Shown in pieces: positions 27,826 through 38,372 of a DNA stretch of 64,000 nt (its first letter is position 1; each line of letters begins with the position of its first letter). The notes under the pieces are model-generated. The model ran no database searches, was not told the origin of the DNA, and worked only from the letters and a program-made list of their open reading frames with translations. A program made the position numbers and the translations under genes. Origin of the DNA: a virus; IMG/VR virus record IMGVR_UViG_3300042892_004373, positions 9,061 through 73,060 of that record; one strand, given 5' to 3'.

Positions 27826-28632
27826 ATGCCAGAATTAGCAGAAGTGAGAATTATGAGTGATTATATAAATCATCACTCAAATAAAAGAAAATTTACAAAA
27901 TTATATCACGTTGAAAAGGGTAATAACCCAATCGACTCTGAACTAATTGAAGATTTCGAAGTAATTGCAAATTCTTTTGGTAAAGAATTACAATTAAAAA
28001 CAACAAATGGAATAAAAACATTAGACTTCTCTGTATTTATGGGGATGTCTGGTAATTGGAAATTTGTTCCTACTGAAAATTGGAATGATACCAAGTTTGT
28101 TAGAATGAGAATTGATACTGATGATGGTAATTCCTTATTACTTTATGGTTCATATATGGGACCAAGATATAGATTAGGTGCATTTACTGGTGTAAAAAGA
28201 GGACCAGATCCAACCAAAGAATTTGATAAATTTAAAAGTAATGTTTTAGATAATTTAAAGTTGAAGGCTTTTGATAAACCAATTTGTGAAGTTCTTTTAA
28301 ATCAAAAATACTTTAATGGAATTGGTAATTACTTACGTTCTACAATTCTTTATTACATAAACGTAAATCCTTTTGAGTCTGCAAGAAATATTATTATGGA
28401 AAACCCAGATATATTAGATTTCTGTAGAGACGTTCCAATTAAAGCTTATACCTTAAATGGTGGTCAACTTTCAGACTGGACAAATCCATTTGATTCTGAT
28501 TATGAAGAATTTAAGAAGTGGGTATTTTATCAAAAAGGTTTATCTTGTAGAGATAATACTGGTAGAACTTTCTGGTATGATGATAAATGGGAGCCTTATT
28601 CCATATATAAAAGTAAAAGTAAAGGTAAATAG
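27826..28632 (+). CDS. Fpg/Nei DNA glycosylase (NEIL1-like)
   Basis: N-terminal PELAEV, GKEL, H2TH LLNQKYFNGIGNY, GRTFW. Confidence 0.88.
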   Translation: MPELAEVRIMSDYINHHSNKRKFTKLYHVEKGNNPIDSELIEDFEVIANSFGKELQLKTTNGIKTLDFSVFMGMSGNWKFVPTENWNDTKFVRMRIDTDDGNSLLLYGSYMGPRYRLGAFTGVKRGPDPTKEFDKFKSNVLDNLKLKAFDKPICEVLLNQKYFNGIGNYLRSTILYYINVNPFESARNIIMENPDILDFCRDVPIKAYTLNGGQLSDWTNPFDSDYEEFKKWVFYQKGLSCRDNTGRTFWYDDKWEPYSIYKSKSKGK

Positions 28633-28817
28633 TGAAGATTGAATTTGATAAGAATAATTATGTAGTTTGTGAAGGAATTACCTTATCTTTAACGAGAGAA
28701 CAGGTTATGGATTTACAAATGTATGGTTATGATCCTCAAAATACTATTGAGGAATTCTATAGAAATAGTAAAGCTTATATTAGAGATCAAAAGATTGATT
28801 TGCTACTAAAAAAATAA
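28632..28817 (+). CDS. Small protein with RDxKI tag
   Basis: Ends IRDQKIDLLLKK. Confidence 0.55.
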   Translation: MKIEFDKNNYVVCEGITLSLTREQVMDLQMYGYDPQNTIEEFYRNSKAYIRDQKIDLLLKK

Positions 28818-28843
28818 AGAGAGACTTTCGTCTCTCTTTATTG

Positions 28844-29686
28844 TTAGTCTTGTAATTCAAGTTGTTCTTGATTTTGTTTTTGAAGTAACTCCATAGCTCT
28901 TGCTAATCTTGTTAAACCAATTCCTGCACCAAATCTTGGAAAGAAGTCAAATTTTAAGAACTCTTCTAGTTCTGCTTCTACTCTTTCTTTTCCAAATAAT
29001 TCAAATAGTTTTTTAGAATATCCACCATTTTCTATTGTATAGAACATTTTTCTCATAGATTCAACATCACAACTTCTTTCTGCAGCGCCTATTGTTTCTT
29101 GTCCATATAATATTATATCAACTTTATTGAATATATCATCTTTTTGATTTTGCATGTTCCAAAATGGATTAGTTCTTAGTGGAAAGTTTTGAAGAGAAAC
29201 ACAATGACTTACTTCATTCCACATTTTAGTTTCATGTTCATTTTCTAAAATTGATACGTCTCCATATTCTTTACAAGTTTTGTTGTAGTCCATTTCAACA
29301 GGTAAACCAAATCCTAAATACTCAAGAAGTTCTTTTTCTAATAGAATTAAGTCTTTATATTTACCTTTTGATTCAAATTCAAACATTGGAAAGATTAGTT
29401 CATGTCTTCCAGGAATTGGATTTTTTTCTGCTCTGTAACTTGTAGATATACAAAAAACTCCATCCCAAGTAGGGTTTTTTAATAATTCATACTCGAGCCA
29501 CATTTGTCCTGTTTGTGGTAACGGCCATATCTCACCATTGTATTCAAAAGTTGATACTGAGTGTGGGTTTTCACAAGCTGCTAAAATTGATAGTCTTGAT
29601 TGTGTTGGTACTTCTACGAAGTTTTTTTCCAAAAAAAATTCTCTTAGTTTCTGAACTAGAGAATTGTACATTAAAGTGTTTGTCAT
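28844..29686 (-). CDS. Asn/Asp-tRNA synthetase-like catalytic domain without OB-fold (possibly asparagine synthetase)
   Basis: LPQTGQ, motif 2 YRAE..RH...FPMFEFE, ETIGAAER, motif 3 GAGIGLTRL; 280 aa. Confidence 0.8.
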   Translation of the reverse strand: MTNTLMYNSLVQKLREFFLEKNFVEVPTQSRLSILAACENPHSVSTFEYNGEIWPLPQTGQMWLEYELLKNPTWDGVFCISTSYRAEKNPIPGRHELIFPMFEFESKGKYKDLILLEKELLEYLGFGLPVEMDYNKTCKEYGDVSILENEHETKMWNEVSHCVSLQNFPLRTNPFWNMQNQKDDIFNKVDIILYGQETIGAAERSCDVESMRKMFYTIENGGYSKKLFELFGKERVEAELEEFLKFDFFPRFGAGIGLTRLARAMELLQKQNQEQLELQD

Positions 29687-29791
29687 ATAAGATTTTTTTT
29701 TTAACCAAAAAGTAAAAACCTTTGATTAAAAAATTATTCTTGATATATATAAAAAAATCCACTCTTGTTTAGTGGATTTTTTTAATTTTTT

Positions 29792-30130
29792 TTATGTCAA
29801 TAGATCTATTTTTAAATCTCTTCTATTTTCTATGGTATCATATGTAGCTTTTTGTGTAAACCAATCATGTACAGTATCAATATCTGTTCTATGATAATCT
29901 AACCAACAACCTTCGATAGAACTATACCTCATAAACTTTGTAAGTTCTTCACTACTATATTTCTTTAGTTTCATTTCTCTGATACGATTACCTTCTAATG
30001 TAATTATTATACCATCGTCAGTTATGTCTAAAATTCCTAACCAAAATGTTAGCATTTCTTGAAATATCATACCTTTCTCAAATAGTCCATTAAAAACTAT
30101 TTCGTTTGTTTTATCGTTTGTTTTACTCAT
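29792..30130 (-). CDS. Hypothetical protein with RDxKI tag
   Basis: Ends RRDLKIDLLT. Confidence 0.55.
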   Translation of the reverse strand: MSKTNDKTNEIVFNGLFEKGMIFQEMLTFWLGILDITDDGIIITLEGNRIREMKLKKYSSEELTKFMRYSSIEGCWLDYHRTDIDTVHDWFTQKATYDTIENRRDLKIDLLT

Positions 30131-30165
30131 ATTTATTTATATAAAACAAATATACAAAATAAAAG

Positions 30166-30552
30166 TTAAACTCCAATAGAATTTAACTTTTCGTTTCTAA
30201 AATAAGAAATAAGTTTTTCTGATAATAATTCAAATGCTTTTATTTCAAAATCTTCAAGCTTAGATACTTTATATCTTAATGAGTTACCTGAGTTTTTCTT
30301 TGTAAGTAGTTCTTTATAGATTTGTACCATTTCTTCTTCTGTTGGTTCTATATCTTCTTTGAATTTAGAAAAATCTAATTGAGAAATATGTGTACTTTTG
30401 TGATATAAATCCTGTGTTAGTTCTGCTGAAATTATACCTGATAATCTAATAAATTGATTACTCGAATGTTCATAAAAAATTGCACATAAAGTGTTTTTAA
30501 TTGATTCTTCTTGATAAGTAATCTTGCAATTGATTAGAGTGGAGTTTGTCAT
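30166..30552 (-). CDS. Hypothetical protein with RxxKL tag
   Basis: Ends FRNEKLNSIGV. Confidence 0.55.
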   Translation of the reverse strand: MTNSTLINCKITYQEESIKNTLCAIFYEHSSNQFIRLSGIISAELTQDLYHKSTHISQLDFSKFKEDIEPTEEEMVQIYKELLTKKNSGNSLRYKVSKLEDFEIKAFELLSEKLISYFRNEKLNSIGV

Positions 30553-30597
30553 TTTTAAAGTTTATTTTTATATATTTCAAATGATTATTTGTTTTCG

Positions 30598-31068
30598 TTA
30601 AATTTTGATAAAGATAAAGGTATAATACCTACGACCATTAGAATCTTGTTTTATTGAAATGCCAAAGTTTGTGAAATTTCCTTCAATTATTACTTTGTGT
30701 TTCGGAGAACTAATCCAAGCACTTAAAACAGATTGACTACTAATGTAATTATATGCTATAACTTCAGATACACGTTCTGCGTGTAATGTTTTAACTAGGT
30801 TATCTGCTCTTTGTTGAAAATAATCATGTGTCATTGTATCATGTTCTATCATGTAATCATTATGTTGTGAACAAATATAAGCAGTATGTTGATTTGATTT
30901 TAATGTATCTAACCCAATACTATTTCTATAAACATTTGTAACGTGCATTACTGCAGTTTCTTGTTGACTAAAATTATAGGGATATTGAGTATAGATTTCT
31001 TCATCTTGTGTTTTAGAACAAGATATGAGTAATAATGAAATAAAAAGTAGAAGTATTTTTAGTTTCAT
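30598..31068 (-). CDS. CAP/SCP domain lipoprotein
   Basis: Lipobox LISC; TNVYRNSIGL, H..YM, W..SP.H. Confidence 0.85.
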   Translation of the reverse strand: MKLKILLLFISLLLISCSKTQDEEIYTQYPYNFSQQETAVMHVTNVYRNSIGLDTLKSNQHTAYICSQHNDYMIEHDTMTHDYFQQRADNLVKTLHAERVSEVIAYNYISSQSVLSAWISSPKHKVIIEGNFTNFGISIKQDSNGRRYYTFIFIKI

Positions 31069-31089
31069 TATTTATATATTAAAAGAGGA

Positions 31090-31350
31090 TTATTCCTCTT
31101 TTAATATATTTTTTAATGTTTCTTCTCTTTTAGTTGCTAATTCCCAAGCTAAGTAGTCTTCTTCTGACATTAGTTCAGATTCTTTGAAGAGTGAACTTCT
31201 TTTTCTATCCAAATAATCATATTTGTATTCACAATCATATTGATTTTCTGTATCTGGTTCATCCAAATTAGCTTCAATATATCGTTCAATAATCATTCTA
31301 CCATAAGATTTATGATAAACGGATTTATTAAGGTCAAATTTATTTCTCAT
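31090..31350 (-). CDS. Hypothetical protein with RExxL tag
   Basis: Ends KREETLKNIL. Confidence 0.5.
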   Translation of the reverse strand: MRNKFDLNKSVYHKSYGRMIIERYIEANLDEPDTENQYDCEYKYDYLDRKRSSLFKESELMSEEDYLAWELATKREETLKNILKEE

Positions 31351-31401
31351 TTTACAAAGTTACATTTAATTTTTAATATATACAAAAAAGTAATTTTTAT
31401 A

Positions 31402-32097
31402 ATGAGATTTCTACAAAAGTTTAAGATATTTGAATCAACACAAGAGTTACCAGAATTTGGTACAAAGTGGATCAATGATAAAGGTGAAAAAATATTTATA
31501 TTAAGACCAGATCAGTATGGTAATATTGGTTATTATAACTTATCAAATCCAGAACATAAGTGGCATATAAAACCTACAAATTTTTATACTGAGTATAAAC
31601 CATTAGATAAACACATTTATAGAGATGATATTGAATATGATTTTGATAAAGCGGTTTATTTATCAGATGAGAGAGCAATCATTGCGGCTTATTTTATAAC
31701 TAAAGAGAATGAAAAGTCTATTGAAATTCTAAATATAAAAGAATTTGCTGCTGATACTGCTACTTTTATGGATAATGCAAGACCTTATTCAGTTACTTTT
31801 CACAAAGGTACTTTACCGACTTCACAAATTGCTATTTTAGGAGAAGTTCCTGAAAAAGAAGGATTTTTCTATGTTAAAGTTCCTTATTGGTTATATAAGG
31901 AAAATCCAGAGTTAAATATTAAAAGAATCATTGGTGATTTTCATCATATGAAAAGATTAGATCTTAGAGATTATAGTTTACGTAATAGTGAATTGATGTC
32001 TAATTTCAAAGATCCTAATGTAATTAAATACTTTGCTAGTTCTGATAAAGATAAAAGAACTCAACAACAAGTGATAAATTACGGACGTCGTTCATAA
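31402..32097 (+). CDS. Hypothetical protein with N-terminal tag (MRFLQKFKIFES)
   Basis: Start moved to the ATG after TAATATATA, which removes overlap with the opposite-strand gene. Confidence 0.6.
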   Translation: MRFLQKFKIFESTQELPEFGTKWINDKGEKIFILRPDQYGNIGYYNLSNPEHKWHIKPTNFYTEYKPLDKHIYRDDIEYDFDKAVYLSDERAIIAAYFITKENEKSIEILNIKEFAADTATFMDNARPYSVTFHKGTLPTSQIAILGEVPEKEGFFYVKVPYWLYKENPELNIKRIIGDFHHMKRLDLRDYSLRNSELMSNFKDPNVIKYFASSDKDKRTQQQVINYGRRS

Positions 32098-32570
32098 GTT
32101 AAATATGTAAAGTCATATTTGTGTCTTTCATCTACTGGATGGTATTCTTCTTTAACTAATTCCCATTCTTCACCAATTTCTGGAAAGAAAGTATCTGCTT
32201 CAAAATCTGAATGTACTCTTGTTAGTTCAATTCTATCTGCTATTTCGATAGATTGTTTGTAGATTTCTCCACCACCAATTATCCAAATATTATTATCTGA
32301 AAATTCTAATACTTCGTCTAATGCAGATTGAATACTATCAAATGTGAAACATTTTTCTGGTACTTGATAATCTTCCTGTCTTGTTATAATTAGGTGTGTT
32401 CTATTAGGTAGAGGTTTAGGGAACGTTTCAAACGTCTTTCTACCCATAAGTATATGATTACCTGATGTAAGTTCTTTAAATCTCTTAAAATCGTCTGGTA
32501 AGTGCCACACTAAATCGTTATCTTTTCCAAGTGAGTTATTTTCTCCGGCTGCTGCTATAATTGTTATCAT
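32079..32570 (-). CDS. folA: Dihydrofolate reductase
   Basis: LVWHLPDD, MGRKT, PLPNR, IIGGGEIY, DTFFP. Confidence 0.95.
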   Translation of the reverse strand: MITIIAAAGENNSLGKDNDLVWHLPDDFKRFKELTSGNHILMGRKTFETFPKPLPNRTHLIITRQEDYQVPEKCFTFDSIQSALDEVLEFSDNNIWIIGGGEIYKQSIEIADRIELTRVHSDFEADTFFPEIGEEWELVKEEYHPVDERHKYDFTYLTYERRP

Positions 32571-32599
32571 AGATATTTTATGATAAAAAAGTAAAAAGT

Positions 32600-33121
32600 T
32601 TAATCTTCTGGTATTGGGGAAATGTCACAGTTATTACTAAATGTAAACTTGATACACTCGGTGGTTGTAAAGAAAATACTATCATAACTAGAACTAGAAG
32701 GAATTGAATGTATTGATAAAGTTACATATTTATAATCTGTTAGTCTTAGTAATTTAATTGCAGATTCAAATCCTATGTAACGAAGATACTCTTGTTCTTT
32801 AGGAATTTCATAGTTTTTCTTTCTCCAAACATTACCATATTGAAATCCTGTATAATCTCCATTTCTTTCGATACTGGTTACTTGTAAAATCCATCTTCCT
32901 CTGTCACGTGGGTCTGCACGTCTATTCTGGTCTGCACTTAGTTCGTTTTTATTAGTATCACATCTTCTAACAAATGAAATCATACTCATTTGAGAATTAA
33001 AGTTAAATGTAGATGCATCTCCATTAAAAGTAAAACCTTCATCCAATATTTCTAATACTGAATAAGTTATATCTTCTTCTGTGAGTTGTTTAGACTCATT
33101 AAATTTCTTTAGGTATATCAT
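32600..33121 (-). CDS. Hypothetical protein with N-terminal tag (MIYLKKFNES)
   Basis: ORF. Confidence 0.55.
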   Translation of the reverse strand: MIYLKKFNESKQLTEEDITYSVLEILDEGFTFNGDASTFNFNSQMSMISFVRRCDTNKNELSADQNRRADPRDRGRWILQVTSIERNGDYTGFQYGNVWRKKNYEIPKEQEYLRYIGFESAIKLLRLTDYKYVTLSIHSIPSSSSYDSIFFTTTECIKFTFSNNCDISPIPED

Positions 33122-33124
33122 AAT

Positions 33125-34525
33125 TTAATTACATTCGTAACAGTCAACTCGACCACTACCTCCACATTCATCACATTCTGATGTTCCATCTCCATCACAT
33201 CTAGTACATTCTTCAAGTCCTTTACCATCACATTCAGTACATTCTACTGTGCATTCTCCGTCACATTTATCACAAGTTGATCTACCATCACCATGACAAT
33301 CATCACAAGATACTTTTCCTTTTCCTTCGCAATCAGAACATTCTTCACCTTCTTCATCAGTTCCATCCCCATTACAAGTTTCACAATCTACTTCACCATA
33401 TCCATCACAAGAATTACACTCTACTTCACCATCTCCATCACATTTTGGACAGTTCTCTGTTCCAGATCCTTCACATTCTCTACATTCTTGTTCTCCAGAA
33501 CCATCACATCTGTAACATTCTCTTTCACCGCCACCGCCACATTCTTCACATTCAAAACTACCTCTTCCACCACAGTTATCACAAGAACCATCACCACCTT
33601 CAGTACTGGTTAGTTCTGCATCATAACTAGAGTTATAATTAGTAGTAAGTTTTCCATCATCTTTAATAAGATATTTTAGAGTGTCCATATAAGGATAATC
33701 ATCAAAGTTTGAATTTTCTAGTGTAACAATAACCCAGCTATCTTCCCTTTCAAGTTGTTCTCCATTGAACATAATAGGATCACCTGTATGGAATGTTTGA
33801 TTCATTTTATAATAGAACCCATTTTCTTTTGCAAAGTCTATAAATAGTTGAGTATCTGCACTATTTATAATATAAACTCTATCCATGAATTTTCTTCCTT
33901 TATCATCCAACCAAAGAAGAGCTCTACCGGTAATTTTATCTGGATTCTCTGCAGATTTTAGTATAATAAGTGATACTCTATCTGGATTATCTGAATAAAT
34001 TGATAAGTAATTTTGACATTTAGCATATCTCATACAAGAGGAACCTAATGTTCCTAGTTCTTTATCGTAATTTTCAACATGATACCATTTTTTAATATCA
34101 TTACCTTTAACTATTTCAAATCTTATAAACGCTTCTTTCTCTATTAAGATAGTTGCTTTATATTTACTTACGAAATCTTCAAGATCTTTTGGTTTAACTT
34201 CGATACCTGCTTTAGTTAGAATTGCTCTTACGAATCTACCAACATTCATGTCAGATTTTTTAATTGTTTTAGGATCTTCTACTTTTTTTGCTTTATCATC
34301 TGGTGTAAAGAATACTTTATCTTCTTTATCTACATCATATGAAATATAGTTATAGTTAGTATCTACCTCTTCTCCGTTTAATTTTAATAATTCAGATGCA
34401 ACTGGAGATTTTATTTTTTTCAATAAGTCATAAAACTTATCATCAAGTACAATTGTTGCTTCCAATAAAAGCATCATGTCTTTTTCTAGTAAAAATTCGT
34501 CGTATTTTGATATTTTATTATTCAT
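33125..34525 (-). CDS. Phage SCM/GRALLW/MDRVY-domain protein with 14 DnaJ-type CxxCxGxG repeats
   Basis: GSSCMRY, GRALLW, FMDRVY, YPYMDT; C-terminal Zn repeats; paralogue of 45247 and 46750. Confidence 0.75.
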   Translation of the reverse strand: MNNKISKYDEFLLEKDMMLLLEATIVLDDKFYDLLKKIKSPVASELLKLNGEEVDTNYNYISYDVDKEDKVFFTPDDKAKKVEDPKTIKKSDMNVGRFVRAILTKAGIEVKPKDLEDFVSKYKATILIEKEAFIRFEIVKGNDIKKWYHVENYDKELGTLGSSCMRYAKCQNYLSIYSDNPDRVSLIILKSAENPDKITGRALLWLDDKGRKFMDRVYIINSADTQLFIDFAKENGFYYKMNQTFHTGDPIMFNGEQLEREDSWVIVTLENSNFDDYPYMDTLKYLIKDDGKLTTNYNSSYDAELTSTEGGDGSCDNCGGRGSFECEECGGGGERECYRCDGSGEQECRECEGSGTENCPKCDGDGEVECNSCDGYGEVDCETCNGDGTDEEGEECSDCEGKGKVSCDDCHGDGRSTCDKCDGECTVECTECDGKGLEECTRCDGDGTSECDECGGSGRVDCYECN

Positions 34526-34542
34526 AGTATATATATTATGTT

Positions 34543-34836
34543 TTAGAAATATCTTTTGATATTTCCCACCTTGTCTATTAGAACATTTTTACCATCTTTT
34601 TTACGTACTAATATATCTGTTCCTGAAAATCTTGCTTCTAATACTCCTTGTGATAAAACTCTTATTGGATTGCCTCCAATGTCTTTAGTTTCTAGTTTAC
34701 CATCTATACTAGTTATTAAAAAAATTTTTTGTGATTCGTCATATGTACCAAATGCAACATTCTCAGATATTCTTCTACCAAGGTTTCCCATAGTATCACA
34801 TATGTATAGTGATTGATTTAGTATTTTAAACATCAT
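34543..34836 (-). CDS. Hypothetical protein
   Basis: ORF; true start probably MGNLG. Confidence 0.5.
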   Translation of the reverse strand: MMFKILNQSLYICDTMGNLGRRISENVAFGTYDESQKIFLITSIDGKLETKDIGGNPIRVLSQGVLEARFSGTDILVRKKDGKNVLIDKVGNIKRYF

Positions 34837-34870
34837 AACTTTTATATAATTTTATTATATATATAATAAT

Positions 34871-35017
34871 ATGGAAAAGAAAAATATATTTCTTTTATTA
34901 GATGATGAGATTGTAACACGTTATAAAGAACATCTAGATAAAGTAGGATATGATAAAAATAAGCTATTTGAAAGAATTATTATTGATTTTTTAAAGAAAA
35001 ATACAATAAAGTCTTAA
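34871..35017 (+). CDS. Small ribbon-helix-helix-like protein (48 aa)
   Basis: MEKKNIFLLLDDEIVTRYKEHLDKVGYDKNKLFERII; below the track cutoff. Confidence 0.45.
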   Translation: MEKKNIFLLLDDEIVTRYKEHLDKVGYDKNKLFERIIIDFLKKNTIKS

Positions 35018-35069
35018 AAAGGTACTTTTAGGTATTTTTTATTTATATATAGCATTAAGGAAAATAATT

Positions 35070-35279
35070 ATGAGATACTTGAAAGAATTTAACGAAAATA
35101 AGGATGTATTCATGGAATACCTACTTGAGTTTACTGAGGACGGTAAGCCAGAAGAGCTTTTTAATAGTAGATTAAGTAAATTACTTAGATTTGTGAGAGT
35201 GGAAGGTATTAAAAACTATACTATAAAAGGAACAACAAAATCAGGAGAAACTAAATTAGTTTTAAAAATAGGAAAATGA
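35070..35279 (+). CDS. Small protein with N-terminal tag (MRYLKEFNE)
   Basis: ORF followed by terminator. Confidence 0.55.
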   Translation: MRYLKEFNENKDVFMEYLLEFTEDGKPEELFNSRLSKLLRFVRVEGIKNYTIKGTTKSGETKLVLKIGK

Positions 35280-35304
35280 AGAACCCACTCGAAAGTGGGT
35301 TTTT

Positions 35305-36273
35305 TTAATTCATATAATCTGTGAAAAATTGTTCAAAAATAGCTTGCATTACCGGGATACATATTGAGTTTCCTGCTAAAGCTACGTGTTGTTTAGTTGA
35401 TAAACTTGTAGTTAGTAAGTTATCAATGTCTGTATCTTTAACTCCCATAAAACGATATCCTTCTCTTGCGGTTAAAGTTCTAATTTTCTTATTATCTAAT
35501 ATAATTTGTGGAGATCCTGATGTAGTTAGACAAGGCGAACATCCATCAATAGAATAAATTCGTCTGGCTTGATCATATTTTACGTCACTTCTACGGGCAG
35601 CTAATTTACAAACAGAACTTAACTTAGGTGTATTTATTTCATAAGGTGGTGTAATGAATAAACTATTATCTACAATTGTTTCAACAAATTCTCTCATCGG
35701 AACTCTAGTTTTTTTATGATTATGAACACCCATCATTTTATTAGAAACTTCTAAAGATGATTCTCCTAACACTGAAAACATGAAAACTCTCTCACGATTT
35801 TGAGGACATCCGAAGTCAGCACCATTAAGTACCATCCAAGCAGAACCATAACCTAAAGAGTTAAGTTTTTCAATATAATCGTTAAATTTTTTGATGTGAT
35901 TTTTGGAAACTAGATTTTTAACATTTTCCATTAAAAGATACTTTGGTTTATTATGTTCTACGATTCTTTCAACTTCGTATAATAAACCGCTTCGTGTTCC
36001 TCTTTCAATACCACGTTGTACTCCAGATATAGATATATCTTGACAAGGAAATGAATATGTTAAGAAATCACAATGTGGAAATGTTTTTTCGTCAACTTTT
36101 GAAACATCTCCTAAATTACCTTCTTCGGTAGTGTGTAAAGAGTCGTAAGCTTCATTTGCTGATTTAAGAATGTCACAATTTGCGACGTTACGGTATTTAA
36201 TACCACTATACTTTAGTGCTAGTTCTTGAGTACCATACCCTGAGAATAGACTTATAATTTTTAATTCTTCCAT
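35305..36273 (-). CDS. DNA cytosine-5 methyltransferase
   Basis: FSGYG, FPCQ, ENV, PQNRERVF, AGNS. Confidence 0.92.
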   Translation of the reverse strand: MEELKIISLFSGYGTQELALKYSGIKYRNVANCDILKSANEAYDSLHTTEEGNLGDVSKVDEKTFPHCDFLTYSFPCQDISISGVQRGIERGTRSGLLYEVERIVEHNKPKYLLMENVKNLVSKNHIKKFNDYIEKLNSLGYGSAWMVLNGADFGCPQNRERVFMFSVLGESSLEVSNKMMGVHNHKKTRVPMREFVETIVDNSLFITPPYEINTPKLSSVCKLAARRSDVKYDQARRIYSIDGCSPCLTTSGSPQIILDNKKIRTLTAREGYRFMGVKDTDIDNLLTTSLSTKQHVALAGNSICIPVMQAIFEQFFTDYMN

Positions 36274-36303
36274 ATTAAATTATATGGAAGAATTAAAAAA
36301 TGT

Positions 36304-36777
36304 TTAGTCTAAATGTCTAATATCTTTGTGTGATGACTTTTGTTTACCGTTGTGTGACCACAATCTTGCAAATGGTGTGGTGAAATAATCATTATAACAT
36401 AAAGTATCATCAATATGTAGATCTATATTGTTTTCTTTACAGTATTCTGCTTTTGTTGAATCCCATAGAACATCGTCAAATTTTTTCTGAATAGTTCCAT
36501 CTGGAAATTCAATTTCTCCTAATGTTTCTGCGGTTTTTAATAAGTGGTCATAAACTGAAAATTTATGTGTATAGTTTATACCACTTAATTGTTTTTCTAA
36601 TTTGTCTGTCCATTCACCGCCAGTGATTACGTGAACTTCTCCCCCATTTTTTACAATAGAGTCTGCTAAAAATACAAAGAACTCTGGAAGTGCATCGATT
36701 ACTCCGTGTATATCAATACCAATTTTGAATTTTGAGGTTGAACTTTCGTTCACTATACTACTAAATTTTGTTATCAT
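36304..36777 (-). CDS. HAD-like protein
   Basis: IGIDIHGV, ITGG, K..C, HIDD. Confidence 0.65.
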   Translation of the reverse strand: MITKFSSIVNESSTSKFKIGIDIHGVIDALPEFFVFLADSIVKNGGEVHVITGGEWTDKLEKQLSGINYTHKFSVYDHLLKTAETLGEIEFPDGTIQKKFDDVLWDSTKAEYCKENNIDLHIDDTLCYNDYFTTPFARLWSHNGKQKSSHKDIRHLD

Positions 36778-36787
36778 AATTTATATA

Positions 36788-37180
36788 TTAAATTATTTCT
36801 TCGATTTTCTTATCTCTCATTTCTGCAGTAGATAGAATTTCTTGTACAAAGATATGAAAATGTTTTGTATTATGTATTAAATCTAATGAAATATTTGTAT
36901 GTGCTCCCATACCATTTGTATGTGAGTTTAGTATTGGTTCAGAAGTGGTTACAGTACCCCAATAATTGAAACCATGTTGTTTAAAATATTCATTTGTACC
37001 ATTTGTATCTACCCAATGTTCTATTATAAATGTTTTATTTTCTGTTTCATTTGGATCAAATTCGTATAAAATAGTATATTGTGAATTATTATACATTACA
37101 TTTAGAAGTTTACTCCAAGCGGGAACTACAAATGTGGCTTGATTATAACTGATATGTTGTGATTGTGTTCTTATTATCAT
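36788..37180 (-). CDS. Hypothetical protein with RDxKI tag
   Basis: Ends MRDKKIEEII. Confidence 0.55.
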   Translation of the reverse strand: MIIRTQSQHISYNQATFVVPAWSKLLNVMYNNSQYTILYEFDPNETENKTFIIEHWVDTNGTNEYFKQHGFNYWGTVTTSEPILNSHTNGMGAHTNISLDLIHNTKHFHIFVQEILSTAEMRDKKIEEII

Positions 37181-37539
37181 ATTCCTAATTTAGTTAAAAT
37201 TTTATCTCTATAGAAACTTATATCATCGACAATAAAAAGGTTTGAATCTGTAATAATTAGATTATCAATAATCTCAATAATCTTTGAGGTTGTCTGCATT
37301 GGTATAAATCCAGATTGATAACTTGTAACTATTTGATTTATTTCTAACAAATCTACCTTAGCAGTTTCTAGATGTACAATACCTTTACATTTTTGTAAAG
37401 AATATTTGTCTATAAATTCTTTATTATTTAAAATTTTTTTATAGTATTTATTTTCAATATCTACCATAACATAGGAAACCTCAGTGGATTTACCACTGAG
37501 GTGATTATGAATTAAATCTCCTACTTTAGCCAATTTCAT
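37177..37539 (-). CDS. Hypothetical protein with RDxxL tag
   Basis: Ends YRDKILTKLGI. Confidence 0.55.
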   Translation of the reverse strand: MKLAKVGDLIHNHLSGKSTEVSYVMVDIENKYYKKILNNKEFIDKYSLQKCKGIVHLETAKVDLLEINQIVTSYQSGFIPMQTTSKIIEIIDNLIITDSNLFIVDDISFYRDKILTKLGI

Positions 37540-38372
37540 TATAGTATTTTATTACCAGTTTTTGAGCCTAAAACAACTGCGGGTGTACCATTTTCTAGTT
37601 CACCTGGCATAATCATTGCTTGTGACTCAATACCCATCATTTTAACAGGTTTTAAATTTGTTACGAACAAGAAAGAGTATCCTTCTAATTTATCAACATA
37701 GTTCTCACCTAATGAAGATTTAATATTTGTTACAACAACTCTTGGTGTGTCTTCACCAAAGTCAACTTCTAACTTAATAAGTTTTTCTGATTTAGGTACA
37801 TCTGTTACTGATATAATCTTTCCTGTTTTAATTTCTAATTTAGATGATACATCTAAAAATTCACTGAATTCTATTTTATCTTTCATGTTTAATATATTTA
37901 TTGCTTTAATTTTACATTCTTCTTTTAATCCTGGAATTCCTAATTTCCAAGGTTTTACTGGTTCTCCTGTTGAACAATTTACAAAATAATCTTGTTGTTC
38001 ATCTAAGAAATCTTGTATATCATCAAATATAACATACTGAGTTACTTCTGGGTGTCTATCTAACCAAAGTTTAATTTCGTGGCCTCTTTTTACTTGATCA
38101 TAATAAACTATGTTGGTTGCTTCACATACATCTACGCAATCTGGTGTTACATCAATAATTTCACCTGGTAGATTACGTTCTTTCCAAAGTGATAACATTC
38201 GTTCTATTCCTTTATCTTTCCAAGTTGAGGAGATAACGATTTTTGCTCCTGTTTTCTCGATAACTTCCTTTAAGTTCTGGACGTACTCATCCCTGAAGAT
38301 ATGACCAAATTGGTCTTTATCTGCATAATCTACGTTTAAAACTCCGTCAATGTCTAGAAATATCGTTTTCAT
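37539..38372 (-). CDS. HAD (RNA-repair-associated type) fused to a Trbp111/MetRS-C tRNA-binding OB domain
   Basis: FLDIDGVLN, ISSTW, RGHEI..WL, YVIFDD; then LEIKTGKI..KLIKLEVDFGE..NLKPVKMMGIESQAM. Confidence 0.8.
   Translation of the reverse strand: MKTIFLDIDGVLNVDYADKDQFGHIFRDEYVQNLKEVIEKTGAKIVISSTWKDKGIERMLSLWKERNLPGEIIDVTPDCVDVCEATNIVYYDQVKRGHEIKLWLDRHPEVTQYVIFDDIQDFLDEQQDYFVNCSTGEPVKPWKLGIPGLKEECKIKAINILNMKDKIEFSEFLDVSSKLEIKTGKIISVTDVPKSEKLIKLEVDFGEDTPRVVVTNIKSSLGENYVDKLEGYSFLFVTNLKPVKMMGIESQAMIMPGELENGTPAVVLGSKTGNKIL

Noticed and set aside
33277-33630. His-rich and Thr/Phe-rich plus-strand ORFs
   Set aside because: Antisense shadows of the Cys/Asp/Gly repeats
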